A DNA stretch of 64,000 nucleotides, taken from the IMG/VR virus record IMGVR_UViG_3300032316_000329, positions 64,001 to 128,000 of that record; one strand, 5' to 3'. This DNA comes from a virus. Position 1 is the stretch's first letter, and every line of letters begins with the position of its first letter. This document shows, one piece after another, positions 9,876-19,476 of the stretch. The translations under genes were made by a program, and so were the position numbers. The notes beneath the pieces are model-generated. The model did not search any database, was not told the origin of the DNA, and saw nothing but the letters and a program-made list of their open reading frames with translations.

Positions 9876-10817
9876 ATGTCTTTGATTTTTTCAAGGATTG
9901 GTAGACTTGGTGCAGGGTTAACGCCAGGTGGAACACAAACATTCAATTCAACAGGGACATTTACAATTCCTTCTGGAGTTACTAAAGTAAATGTTACTGG
10001 TTTAGGTGGAACAGGTAATCCTGGAAATCCAGGTAATCCAGGAACTCCCGGAGGAGGTGCTGGTGGGGGTGGAGGCGGCGGCGCAGGAGGCGCAGGTTCA
10101 CCATGGACGCCAGGCGGTACAGGTGGAGCCGGATACGGATCACCACAGCTGGCAGCGCCGCCCAGTTGGCCGGTAAATAATAGACAATGGAATGGACGCA
10201 GTGGAAGCTATTACTCTGCGCCCGCGGGTACTACCGGTACATCGGCCGATTGTGGACCTTCAGCTTGTAAGTACGGATCACCATTGGGATTATCCGGAAA
10301 TCCCGGCAGTGCTGGAATAGCGGGAAATCCATCTACAGCTTTTGGTTATAATTTTGCTGGAGGAAACTCAGGACCAGGGGGAACAGGCGGTTCGGGCGGA
10401 ACTACTGGACCTGGCGGGTATGGAGGAGGTGTAGGTCCATTAAATGTTGCTACTGCTGGTAATCCAGGTGGAGGTCCAGGGGCAGGAAATGGTGGCGCAG
10501 CTGGTGGGCCCCCTTCAACGCCAGGACAAAGTTTTGTTGGAAAAAACGGCAATCCGGGCACTTTATTTCAAAACTCAGGTGGAGGAGGAGGAGGCGGCGG
10601 CTTCAAGGCGGTAGGCTCACCGTTCACTCCCGACAATGGATCAGGTGGTGGAGGAGGAGGCGGCGGCCAATCTGGTAATCCAGGTAATTCAGGTGGGCCA
10701 GCTGGTCCTGTATCTCCATCTCAATTCAACTGTATTCCTGTCACCCCAGGTAGTCCTTATCCAATAGTAGTCGGATCTTCAGGTGGTCAAGTTACGATTT
10801 CGTGGAATCCACAATAA
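9876..10817 (+). CDS. Gly/Pro-rich adhesin with collagen-like Gly-X-Pro triplets
   Basis: GTFTIPSGVTKVNV.G.GG start; GNPGNPGNPGTPG, GNPG and GGPG runs; ends VTPG..YPIVVG..GGQVTISW. Confidence 0.75.
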   Translation: MSLIFSRIGRLGAGLTPGGTQTFNSTGTFTIPSGVTKVNVTGLGGTGNPGNPGNPGTPGGGAGGGGGGGAGGAGSPWTPGGTGGAGYGSPQLAAPPSWPVNNRQWNGRSGSYYSAPAGTTGTSADCGPSACKYGSPLGLSGNPGSAGIAGNPSTAFGYNFAGGNSGPGGTGGSGGTTGPGGYGGGVGPLNVATAGNPGGGPGAGNGGAAGGPPSTPGQSFVGKNGNPGTLFQNSGGGGGGGGFKAVGSPFTPDNGSGGGGGGGGQSGNPGNSGGPAGPVSPSQFNCIPVTPGSPYPIVVGSSGGQVTISWNPQ

Positions 10818-10831
10818 TTTGAGGTTATAAA

Positions 10832-11293
10832 ATGAAACTAGAAAATATGTCTAATTTAGAACTTAATGAAGAACTAGATAAACATGAGAAGTATATGTCT
10901 CTTTGTTCTTCAAAAGAAAGAATAAACAGAGCAAGGTCGTTTTGTGTTGGTACTGCTTTTGGAAACACGACCGAGATCATTATGAGAGCAGATGATAAAT
11001 ATATATGGGCAACTTTCAATCAACAAGAGATAGTTGAAATTATACATCAACTTGCTTCTAATATTGGATGTAACATATCTTTACAGCCAAGAGACGATTT
11101 TGCTTCTAGCGAGAGATGGAAAAATAGTAAAGAGAATACACCCTTAAATACTATATTTAATTCCTACTCTACTGTTTTTCATGGTTTACCAGGTTCTCCA
11201 GGATATAGTTTATACAACGAAGCGGGAACAAATAATCCTAGAGAAGTGCCGGGTGGATTAGGCGGCGGCCAAAGATTACCGGAAGAAGAATAA
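10832..11293 (+). CDS. Hypothetical protein
   Basis: 153 aa ORF with SD GAGG. Confidence 0.65.
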   Translation: MKLENMSNLELNEELDKHEKYMSLCSSKERINRARSFCVGTAFGNTTEIIMRADDKYIWATFNQQEIVEIIHQLASNIGCNISLQPRDDFASSERWKNSKENTPLNTIFNSYSTVFHGLPGSPGYSLYNEAGTNNPREVPGGLGGGQRLPEEE

Positions 11294-11307
11294 AATAGGA
11301 GAATAAA

Positions 11308-11715
11308 ATGTCCATTCTATGGCAACTAAAAAAGATTTCTACAGGGGAACCATTAAATGAACCTCAGGTTCTTCCCGAAAACTGGGGACCTATCTTCGGT
11401 ATGGAGGGTTTTAAAGATAAATTAAGTGATTTATCTTGGGTTGGTATTGAAGATCAAGGCTGGTTTATTGTTGGTGAAGGTGAAGGTTCTTCTCCTCAGA
11501 CAACTCCAAAGAAAGTTTTGGAATGGGAAAGAGCAAAACAACTATTAAGAGATTCAGATTGGTCTATGATGTCTGATGTTCAAATGACCAATGCTGAAAA
11601 ACAAGCATGGGAATTATATAGAAAGAATTTAAGAGAAATTACATTACAAAGTGGATTTCCTGATAATATCAAATGGCCTACTATTCCTGAGACACCTAAA
11701 TTTAATATGATGTAA
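11308..11715 (+). CDS. Phage tail (fibre) assembly chaperone
   Basis: AKQLLRDSDWSMMSD...W..YRK.LREI..Q.GFP..IKWP..P. Confidence 0.8.
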   Translation: MSILWQLKKISTGEPLNEPQVLPENWGPIFGMEGFKDKLSDLSWVGIEDQGWFIVGEGEGSSPQTTPKKVLEWERAKQLLRDSDWSMMSDVQMTNAEKQAWELYRKNLREITLQSGFPDNIKWPTIPETPKFNMM

Positions 11716-11734
11716 AAATTAAAGGTTTTTTATT

Positions 11735-12367
11735 ATGTATAATGATGTTATAAGATTTGACTATTTTCCATCTTCAATTTTTCGTGTTGAAAAGTATGAA
11801 TATTTGAACAATGTAAAAAATGTTTCTTATGAATATTTGAAAAAATCTAATCAAACAACAAAATTTAATGAAATATATCCTGTAACGATGACAGAAAATT
11901 TTAATAATGATGTAAGGCTATTAGATTTTACAGGATATATTTCTCAACTTGGGTGGGACATATTATCTTCACAAGGATATAGTGTAGAAGATAAACAAAC
12001 ATATATTACTGAAATGTGGTTACAAGATCATCAAAAATATTCTTCTATGGACTATCATGTGCATGGAGGAGATACTAAATTGATAGGATTTTATTTTTTA
12101 GAATGTTACGACAATGGATCAAAACTATCATTTCATGATCCAAGACCGAGTAAAATACAATCTGGTATACCAGAAAATAATATTGAAGAACTAACATATG
12201 CTAGTAATTCAGCTATGTTTACTCCCAAACCAGGAACATTAATAATTGCTAATTCTTGGTTGCCTCATTCTTTTACCAGAAATCCTTTAGATAAACCTAT
12301 AAGACTTATTCATTTTTGTCTAAGTATAGGTTCATTCCGAAATAATAATTCAGCAATAATAGTATGA
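11735..12367 (+). CDS. Putative 2OG-Fe(II) oxygenase (TIGR02466-like)
   Basis: MW...H.H....G.Y.L....L.F.DPR..PK.G.L....SWL.H..R..I.F. Confidence 0.75.
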   Translation: MYNDVIRFDYFPSSIFRVEKYEYLNNVKNVSYEYLKKSNQTTKFNEIYPVTMTENFNNDVRLLDFTGYISQLGWDILSSQGYSVEDKQTYITEMWLQDHQKYSSMDYHVHGGDTKLIGFYFLECYDNGSKLSFHDPRPSKIQSGIPENNIEELTYASNSAMFTPKPGTLIIANSWLPHSFTRNPLDKPIRLIHFCLSIGSFRNNNSAIIV

Positions 12368-12591
12368 AAAAATATTATATAAGATTCAACAAGACAAGAG
12401 GACAACCATACAGAGGTTCTATAGATCATGTTTGGAGGGTTTTTGAAGAAGATCAAGAATATATTTGTAAGAATGTTGAAATAAATGTTCCTTCACACGG
12501 CGAAAAAACAGGAGAAGATTGGAGTATTTGTTGTAATGGTGTTCTGACTATAGATAATGTTACTTCTACTGCTATTATAAATAAAGGGTAG
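12364..12591 (+). CDS. Hypothetical protein
   Basis: 75 aa ORF, translationally coupled to the upstream gene. Confidence 0.6.
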   Translation: MKKYYIRFNKTRGQPYRGSIDHVWRVFEEDQEYICKNVEINVPSHGEKTGEDWSICCNGVLTIDNVTSTAIINKG

Positions 12592-12607
12592 TATAGAATA
12601 CTAAATA
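12576..12607 (+). promoter_or_regulatory. T4-type late (gp55) promoter(s): TATAAATA 12576-12583 and CTAAATA 12601-12607
   Basis: Match to the T4 late consensus TATAAATA; (C/A)TAAATA recurs ahead of most structural genes. Confidence 0.7.
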
Positions 12608-12630
12608 ATAGTAGAACATAAAGGACAAAC

Positions 12631-12975
12631 ATGGCCGAGTATGTAGAACTCTATATTGATAAAGGTACCAACTTTAGCACCACTATCAATATCAATAATG
12701 ATGATACAAATTTGCCACAGAACCTTGCTGGATTTATTGTTACCAGTCAGTTAAGAAAGTCATTACTATCCGTTAATGCTTCTGCTAACTTAACTTGTTC
12801 TGTTTCAGATGCTCCTAATGGCGAGATTACACTAGCACTATCTTCTGCTAATTCTAGTAATCTATCAGCAGGTAGATATTTCTTTGATGTCAAAACTGTT
12901 GATACTCGGGCCGCGAACGCGGTTTCTAGGTTGATTGAAGGAATTATTATTGTTTCTCCATCAATAACTGGATAA
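12631..12975 (+). CDS. Conserved small T4-like virion protein (fibre base/adaptor, BppU-like)
   Basis: L.IDKGT.F..NL.G..V.SQLRKS..GEI.L.L....T..L.AGRY.FDV..R.IEG...VSP.IT pattern. Confidence 0.7.
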   Translation: MAEYVELYIDKGTNFSTTININNDDTNLPQNLAGFIVTSQLRKSLLSVNASANLTCSVSDAPNGEITLALSSANSSNLSAGRYFFDVKTVDTRAANAVSRLIEGIIIVSPSITG

Positions 12976-12978
12976 CAA

Positions 12979-13224
12979 ATGTCAAAAATCACAGTAACCA
13001 CAACACCTAAAAATCGGATTTCTATAAATACTCAACAGAAAGGTGTAGTCAGGGTTGGCAGCACAGGACTAACCGGAGCAGGTTTAGGTTCAACAAATAG
13101 ATTGGCCAATATGCTTGATGTTGATGCCTCTGACGCTGATACTAACGAAACATTAGTTTATGATGAAGGAACTGGAAAGTTTGTTGTGAAAGAATTACCT
13201 GTCCTCAATGGAGGGACATTTTAA
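12979..13224 (+). CDS. Small fibre-associated protein
   Basis: L..M.DVD....LVYD..TGKF; C-terminal LNGGTF. Confidence 0.65.
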   Translation: MSKITVTTTPKNRISINTQQKGVVRVGSTGLTGAGLGSTNRLANMLDVDASDADTNETLVYDEGTGKFVVKELPVLNGGTF

Positions 13225-13250
13225 GAATTAAATAACCAGGGAAAATTTAA

Positions 13251-14687
13251 ATGGCTAACACAACAATCCAGATTAAACGCTCTGGCGTTACATCACAACC
13301 GGCGTCACTAGCGGCCGCCGAACCAGCGTATTCCTATCTTTCTGATAAACTCTTTATAGGTAATGCCACAGGTTCAGGTGTTATCGCCATTGGCGGTAAG
13401 TATTTTATCGACCAGTTAAATGTTGCCTTTGCTGTTGCCAATGCCGCTTATGGTGTTGCTAATAGTTCAACGGTTGCTAATGCCGCATACGATGTTGCCA
13501 ATGCGGCATTCGGTAAAGCCAATGCGGCCAATGTTCTTGCTTATAATACCGGTATCGGTGCTAATGCCTATGCTACTTTGGTTGGTACATCAGGTAATGC
13601 CTATGCTACTTTGGTTGGTACATCAGGTAATGCCTATGCTGATGTAGTAGGTGCGGCATCTAATGCTTGGGCCAATACAGTTGGTACATCAGGTAATGCT
13701 TACGCATCCGTAGTTGGTACAAATGCCAATAACTATTCTAATGCTACATTCGTTAAATTAGTGGCAGGTTCACAAACAATCACCGGTGATTTTAGTATTA
13801 CTGGTAATCTGTTTATTGGTGGCAATACCACTTCTGTTTCAGCCAATAACTTGGTTGTTAACGATCCATTAATTTACTTGGCAAACGGTAATCCTTCGGA
13901 CATTGTTGATATCGGATTCGTTGGTAGTTATGTTAATGGCACATCAGCACACGTCCATACCGGTCTTTTCAGAGATCATTCTAGTAAGCAATATTACTTG
14001 TTTCAAGGATTTGATGCTGATCCAGAGTTGAATAATGATCTTACACCATATGCCAATAATATGGTTAATGCTACCTTGATTGCCGACTTTGTTACAAGCA
14101 ATCTAACTCTTGGTGGTGCTAATGCTATTGTTTGGATTAAGTCTGCTTACGATAATGCGAATGGTGGTTTTGGTGTTACAAATGCGGCATTCGGACACTC
14201 AAATACCACATATGCAGCAGTTAATTCCGCTTTTGGTGTTATTAATGCTTCCTTTGGTGTTGCTAATGCTTCTTACGGACAAGTTAATACACTTGCCACA
14301 TCAGCAAATGCTTATGCTACTGCCGTCGGAGCAGCCGGTAATGCTTACACAGTTTCAGTTGGAACATCTGGTAATGCTTATGCTTCTGCTGTTGGTACTT
14401 CTGCCAATGTATATGCCGCGGCAGTTGGTACATCTGCCAATGCTTATGCTGACATTGTTGGTGGTGCTGCTAATACAAATGCTGCTAATGCTTCTTACCT
14501 ATCAACAGGAACAGTAATCGTCGCAAGAGGCGGTACTGGATTAAACTCAATTACTGCAAATGGTGTTATCTATGGTAACGGAACAGGTGCTGTTGGAGTA
14601 ACCTCGGCCGGATCCGAAGGCAATGTTCTACAGGTAAATGCTTCTGGTATACCAGCATTTGGTATGCTCGATGGAGGTACTTTCTAA
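13251..14687 (+). CDS. Tail fibre protein with Asn/Ala coiled-coil shaft
   Basis: TIQIKRS..P.SL...E.AYSY...KLFIG N-terminus; 11-residue NAYA..VGTSG repeats; V.DPLI.LA..DIGF.G...HTG.FRD domain; ends LDGGTF. Confidence 0.75.
   Translation: MANTTIQIKRSGVTSQPASLAAAEPAYSYLSDKLFIGNATGSGVIAIGGKYFIDQLNVAFAVANAAYGVANSSTVANAAYDVANAAFGKANAANVLAYNTGIGANAYATLVGTSGNAYATLVGTSGNAYADVVGAASNAWANTVGTSGNAYASVVGTNANNYSNATFVKLVAGSQTITGDFSITGNLFIGGNTTSVSANNLVVNDPLIYLANGNPSDIVDIGFVGSYVNGTSAHVHTGLFRDHSSKQYYLFQGFDADPELNNDLTPYANNMVNATLIADFVTSNLTLGGANAIVWIKSAYDNANGGFGVTNAAFGHSNTTYAAVNSAFGVINASFGVANASYGQVNTLATSANAYATAVGAAGNAYTVSVGTSGNAYASAVGTSANVYAAAVGTSANAYADIVGGAANTNAANASYLSTGTVIVARGGTGLNSITANGVIYGNGTGAVGVTSAGSEGNVLQVNASGIPAFGMLDGGTF
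13562..13640 (+). repeat. 33-bp tandem repeat (~2.4 copies; 11 aa)
   Basis: TAATGCCTATGCTACTTTGGTTGGTACATCAGG repeated exactly. Confidence 0.9.
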
Positions 14688-14712
14688 TTATTAACAAAGT
14701 GGAGATTTGATT

Positions 14713-15222
14713 ATGGATCAACAAAAATATATTAATACATATGTTGATAAGTCAGTGGGAATGTTACACGAATATGTCAGTATTATTCTCCAGTTACGAA
14801 CACAACTACACATAGCAAATGACCTGATTAAAGAAAAAGATCAGGTCATTTCCGACCTACAAGAAAAAGCACAACAATTTAATAATGATGCTCAGGAATT
14901 GGATACGGCCAAGAATAATGCTCGTTCATGGGAAGATCAATATAATGCTATGAAGAATAAACTATCTCATATGGATACATTGATCAATCAGATCAATGAA
15001 ATGAAACAGGCATTAATATCAAAGAATACAGAAGCAGATGAACTAAGAAAAAATTTTGATAATGTTAATAACGAATTGATTAATAAAAATAATGAAATCA
15101 ATAATCTTCGTAAACTAGTTCCCAAAGAAACCACTCCTAAAAAGGCCATAAATACAAAGAGTAAAATTAAACCTTTTGTTATTGAAAATGAAAAACCGGT
15201 AGAAGAGACTGACGACTTTTAA
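14713..15222 (+). CDS. Coiled-coil protein
   Basis: ATG 14713 after GGAG; long heptad pattern. Confidence 0.7.
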   Translation: MDQQKYINTYVDKSVGMLHEYVSIILQLRTQLHIANDLIKEKDQVISDLQEKAQQFNNDAQELDTAKNNARSWEDQYNAMKNKLSHMDTLINQINEMKQALISKNTEADELRKNFDNVNNELINKNNEINNLRKLVPKETTPKKAINTKSKIKPFVIENEKPVEETDDF

Positions 15223-15884
15223 TGGCCAACACAGTAATCCAATTAAAGAAATCTGCGGTACCAACAGCACAACCGAATGCGGGGTCGTTAGCTAATGGTG
15301 AACTTGCTATTAACTATGCTGACGGTAAACTCTTCTATAAAGATTCCTCAGGCCTTATACAACAAATTTCTAGTGGTGGTAATACATTTTCTACCATCAA
15401 TGCTGCTGGTACATTGCTTGTTTCAGACTTACCTGGTGATATTCTAACAATTGACCAAGGTGATAATATCATCATTGTTCCTGAACCACTTAATGATAAA
15501 CTAACTATTTCGGCCAATCTATCGCCTGCCAACAATTACGCCGGGGCTATGGCCAACTCGGTCAATGCCTACACATCAACAACATATTCTACACTAACAC
15601 AATTTGGTTCTGTATTTGGTGTTGCTAATGCAGCGTTTGATAAGGCTAATACAGGATCAACAAATGTAAATACGTTTTCGTCTATTGCTGTTGCTGGTCA
15701 AGGTACCATATTAGCCTCATTGGAAGATACTCTAAACTTATCAGATGGTAATGGTATAAATATACAGACAGATCCGGTTACAAAAACAGTTTCATTTGGT
15801 ATAGTGCCAGGTACATATTCGGGAGATTACGGATTAATAACAGAACCGGTTAATATGATACACGACTACGGGGGTCTAGGATAA
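15222..15884 (+). CDS. Fibre-associated protein
   Basis: VIQLKKS..P...L..GELAINYADGKLFYKD N-terminus; two FS.I...G..DTL.I..G.NI.I repeats; ends DYGLI..DYGGL. Confidence 0.7.
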   Translation: MANTVIQLKKSAVPTAQPNAGSLANGELAINYADGKLFYKDSSGLIQQISSGGNTFSTINAAGTLLVSDLPGDILTIDQGDNIIIVPEPLNDKLTISANLSPANNYAGAMANSVNAYTSTTYSTLTQFGSVFGVANAAFDKANTGSTNVNTFSSIAVAGQGTILASLEDTLNLSDGNGINIQTDPVTKTVSFGIVPGTYSGDYGLITEPVNMIHDYGGLG

Positions 15885-18499
15885 TGTCCGTTCAGGTACA
15901 AATAAGAAGAGGTAATACAGCTCAAACTTCGGCATTTACCGGTGCTGTTGCTGAAATTACCGTCGATACAGATAAACAAACATTAGTTGTTCATAACGGA
16001 TCAAAGTCTGGTGGATTTCCTCTTGCTCCTAATACCGCTTTTGATGTCGCCAATGCTGCTTTCAACTCCGCAAACAATGTAGCACCTCAGGTTGCCCCCT
16101 CTTTTAATACTGCTAATGCTGCCTTTGATAAGGCCAATTCGGCCAATGTCCTTGCCTATAATACAGGTATTGGTGCAAATGCTTATACTGTATCCGTAGG
16201 TTCATCCGGTAATAATTATGCTGGTGCTATGGCCAACAGCATTAACGCATACACTACTGCCACTTATGCTACTCAAACAGATTTAAGTACCGGTCTCTCT
16301 GCTGGTAATACTTATACAGTTTCCGTTGGAACGAGTGCTAATAATTATGCAGGCGCAATGGCGAATGCCGCCAATGCATATGCAACGGCAACTTACGAAA
16401 CTCAAATTGTAGTATCAACCGGTCTTGCTTCTGGTAATGCTTATGCTAATTTTGTTGGAACGTCAGCAAACTCTTATGCCAATACTTCTACGGAAGCGGC
16501 AAATAACTATGCCGGATTTATGGCAAACGCATCCAATGCCTATGCTGCTTCATTAACACCAGATTTATCTCCGGCATTTAACAAGGCAAACGATGCCTAT
16601 ACACAGGCAAATGCTGCCTATTCCCATGCCAATGATGTGGCAACAGGTGCCAATGCCTATTCCGTTTCTGTTGGCGCCGCTGGTAATGCTTATGTTAATC
16701 TATCTACTGGTGCTGCAAATTCTTATACCGTAACAGTCGGTACATCTGCCAATAATTATGCCGGTGTTATGGCAAACTCAGCAAACGGAATTGCTGATGC
16801 TACTTACATCAAAAAAACTGCAACTACACAGATAATAACCGGTGATATACAGATTACTGGTAATTTGATACTATCTGGTAATGCTACCCAGATTTCTGCT
16901 AACAATCTGTCTATCCAGGATCCTCTTATATTCCTTGCCACAAACAATATCAGCGACATTGTTGATATTGGATTTATAGGTCATTATAACAATGGTTCCG
17001 CAAACGTTCATACAGGTGTCTATAGAGACCACGCATCTAAAGAATATTATATATTCAATGGTCTATTCGGTGAACCAGAACTAGTCAATGATATTGTTCC
17101 ATATGCTAACAATATGGTTAACGCCGTTCTTAATGCTGATTTAAGAACCAGTAATCTAAATCTTGGTGGTGCTAATGCTATTGTTTGGATTAGATCAGCA
17201 TATGATAACTCTAATGCTGCGTATAACAATGCTAATTCAATTGCCACTTCTGCCAATAATTATGCAGGAGCAATGGCTAATGCGGCTAATGCTTATGCAT
17301 CGTCTTTAACGCCAGATTTAACTCCAGCATTTAATAAGGCAAACGATGCCTATACTATTGCTAACGGAGCATTTGATAAGGCCAATTCTGCCAATGTTCT
17401 TGCTTATAATACAGGAATTGGTAGTAATGCTTATACTAATGTAGTAGGAACATCCGCAAATAACTATGCTGGTGCTATGGCTAATTCTGCCAATGCATAT
17501 GCTCTTTCATTAACACCAGATTTATCTCCTGCTTTTAATGTTGCTAATGGAGCCTTTAACAAGGCAAACTCTGCTAATGTATTGGCCAAGGCAGCATATG
17601 ATTATGCTAATACAATTACAGGCGGTGCTGTTGTTTCAGCAACAGCACCTTCATCACCTTCTGCGGGTTCATTTTGGTGGAATACTACTTATGGTAGACT
17701 ATTTGTTTATTACAATGATGGTAATACATCTCAATGGGTTGATGCTACTGCTACTGCTACTGCTGCAAGAGTAGTAACTACTGATACCGTACCAAACGGT
17801 GCGGTGGACGGACAACTTTGGTGGAACTCAGAATACGGTAGATTGTTTGTCTATTATAATGACGGTGATACTAGTCAATGGGTTGACACCAATCCTGCTA
17901 CGGATATTGGTGGTATAACGGACATTGCAAATGCTGCTTTTGATAAGGCTAATACAGGTGCCACCTTTGCTTATGTAAATACTTCTGCGGCCGCAGCAAA
18001 TGCTTATACCAATGTTTCAACAGGTGCTGCTAATGCTTATACCAATGTTTCAACAGGTGCTGCTAATGCTTATACCAATGTTTCTACGGCCGCGGCAAAT
18101 AATTGGGCAAACACAAAATTAGCAAACACAAATGTCGTCCTTGCTGGCAATTTAACATCTACACAAGGTGTTGCTGATAGGATAGGTGATGTAAGAAACT
18201 TACCAATTGTAAATCAAACATCATCATATACACTAACACTTGCTGATAATGGTGAGGTTATTTCTTTAACAACTGGTAACGTTTTTGTTACTGCTGGCAT
18301 ATTTTTTCCAGGTAATACTGTTTCTGTGTTTAACAATTCATCGGCAAATATAACCATCACACAGAATACCAGTGTTACATTGTATTCCGCTGGTACTTCT
18401 AATACTGGTAATAGAATCTTGCAGCAAAGAGGTATTGCTACAATCGTTTGCGTTGCTGCAAATACATTTGTTGTTACAGGTGCGGGTATGGTTCCATGA
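15884..18499 (+). CDS. Long tail fibre protein (Mtd-N-like N-terminus, Asn/Ala shaft, two WW..GRL.YY.DG..QWV modules)
   Basis: VQIRRG.T.....FTGA.AEITVDTDK..LVVH.G...GG.PLA; SANNYAGAMAN repeats; C-terminal YTL...DNG..I domain. Confidence 0.75.
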   Translation: MSVQVQIRRGNTAQTSAFTGAVAEITVDTDKQTLVVHNGSKSGGFPLAPNTAFDVANAAFNSANNVAPQVAPSFNTANAAFDKANSANVLAYNTGIGANAYTVSVGSSGNNYAGAMANSINAYTTATYATQTDLSTGLSAGNTYTVSVGTSANNYAGAMANAANAYATATYETQIVVSTGLASGNAYANFVGTSANSYANTSTEAANNYAGFMANASNAYAASLTPDLSPAFNKANDAYTQANAAYSHANDVATGANAYSVSVGAAGNAYVNLSTGAANSYTVTVGTSANNYAGVMANSANGIADATYIKKTATTQIITGDIQITGNLILSGNATQISANNLSIQDPLIFLATNNISDIVDIGFIGHYNNGSANVHTGVYRDHASKEYYIFNGLFGEPELVNDIVPYANNMVNAVLNADLRTSNLNLGGANAIVWIRSAYDNSNAAYNNANSIATSANNYAGAMANAANAYASSLTPDLTPAFNKANDAYTIANGAFDKANSANVLAYNTGIGSNAYTNVVGTSANNYAGAMANSANAYALSLTPDLSPAFNVANGAFNKANSANVLAKAAYDYANTITGGAVVSATAPSSPSAGSFWWNTTYGRLFVYYNDGNTSQWVDATATATAARVVTTDTVPNGAVDGQLWWNSEYGRLFVYYNDGDTSQWVDTNPATDIGGITDIANAAFDKANTGATFAYVNTSAAAANAYTNVSTGAANAYTNVSTGAANAYTNVSTAAANNWANTKLANTNVVLAGNLTSTQGVADRIGDVRNLPIVNQTSSYTLTLADNGEVISLTTGNVFVTAGIFFPGNTVSVFNNSSANITITQNTSVTLYSAGTSNTGNRILQQRGIATIVCVAANTFVVTGAGMVP
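17999..18084 (+). repeat. 33-bp tandem repeat (~2.6 copies)
   Basis: AATGCTTATACCAATGTTTCAACAGGTGCTGCT repeated (NAYTNVSTGAA). Confidence 0.9.
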
Positions 18500-19476
18500 C
18501 GATGATGAGTATATTGGCAGGAAATGCTTTCACTCCATCTGCATCATCGAGTGCTTTTGCATCAGCAACAGGTGGCACTCTGACTACTGCCACTATTAAT
18601 GGATTTTCTTACAATATTCATACATTTACTACAGTTGGCTCCAATAGCATAACTTTTACGAATGGCGGACCGATAGAAGTTTTTATGGTAGGTGGAGGCG
18701 GCGGTGGTGGATCTTTAGGCGGTGGTGGTGCTGGCGGCGCCGTGATGAATGTATCAAACACAATAGCATCAGGAACTTATTCTCTTACTGTTGGAGATGG
18801 TGGTGTTGGTGCTCAAGCTTGGTCCGTGTGTTGCCAAAATGGTTTAAATACAACAGGATTTGGTATAACTTGTTTTGCTGGTGGATCAGGATGTGTATAT
18901 TCGGCAGGTTGTCTAAACACTTATAACACAGCATCACAGGGAAACTTTGGTGGTAGATGTTTTGCGGTAAAATCCTATTCTAGTTCACCTACATCACCAT
19001 CAATACCCGCCGGTTGGTCAGGAATAGTTTATGCGGGTAATCTTGGCGGAACAATGACCGGTTCTTGTTGTCCTTGTAATGGTGCCGGCGGCGCCGGTGC
19101 TGGAGGTGCTGGTTCTAATCACAATGGTCCTCCAAATGGAGGCCCTGGTGTAACTGTTAATTTTACAGGTACATCTTATGTGTGGGCCGGCGGCGGAGGA
19201 GGTTCAGGTTATTGTTCTCAAGAAGCAGGTAATGGTGGATCTGGCGGAGGAGGTGGAGGAGGAACAACAACCGCAGGCGCCGTAGGAACCGGTGGTACCG
19301 GTGGATTAAATAATGGAAATCCTGGAGTCGGAACAACCGATCCTTCCGTTGGCGGCGCAGGTGGAAATAACACAGGTGCTGGTGGCGGCGCAGGTTCAAC
19401 CGGTTCAGGTACTGCCGGTGCCAACGGCGGCAAAGGTGGTTCAGGTATTATTATTGTTAGATATAGGACTTCATAA
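18496..19476 (+). CDS. Gly-rich adhesin with Cys-containing loops
   Basis: ATG 18496 overlaps the upstream TGA; ATGG..Y.IHTFT..IEV.MVGGGG..GG.GGSGIIIVRY Gly-rich domain. Confidence 0.8.
   Translation: MTMMSILAGNAFTPSASSSAFASATGGTLTTATINGFSYNIHTFTTVGSNSITFTNGGPIEVFMVGGGGGGGSLGGGGAGGAVMNVSNTIASGTYSLTVGDGGVGAQAWSVCCQNGLNTTGFGITCFAGGSGCVYSAGCLNTYNTASQGNFGGRCFAVKSYSSSPTSPSIPAGWSGIVYAGNLGGTMTGSCCPCNGAGGAGAGGAGSNHNGPPNGGPGVTVNFTGTSYVWAGGGGGSGYCSQEAGNGGSGGGGGGGTTTAGAVGTGGTGGLNNGNPGVGTTDPSVGGAGGNNTGAGGGAGSTGSGTAGANGGKGGSGIIIVRYRTS

Noticed and set aside
13420-14517. Met/Leu/Pro-rich alternative-frame ORFs in fibre genes (also 17538, 20525, 35686, 36760)
   Set aside because: Off-frame readings of GCT/AAT/GCC repeats; no RBS or plausible protein features.
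18448-18495. Extended N-termini in the ORF track (MRCCKYICC.. at 18448; also 19972, 32612, 38053, 55103, 55850)
   Set aside because: Downstream ATGs with SD sequences or stop-start overlaps fit better.
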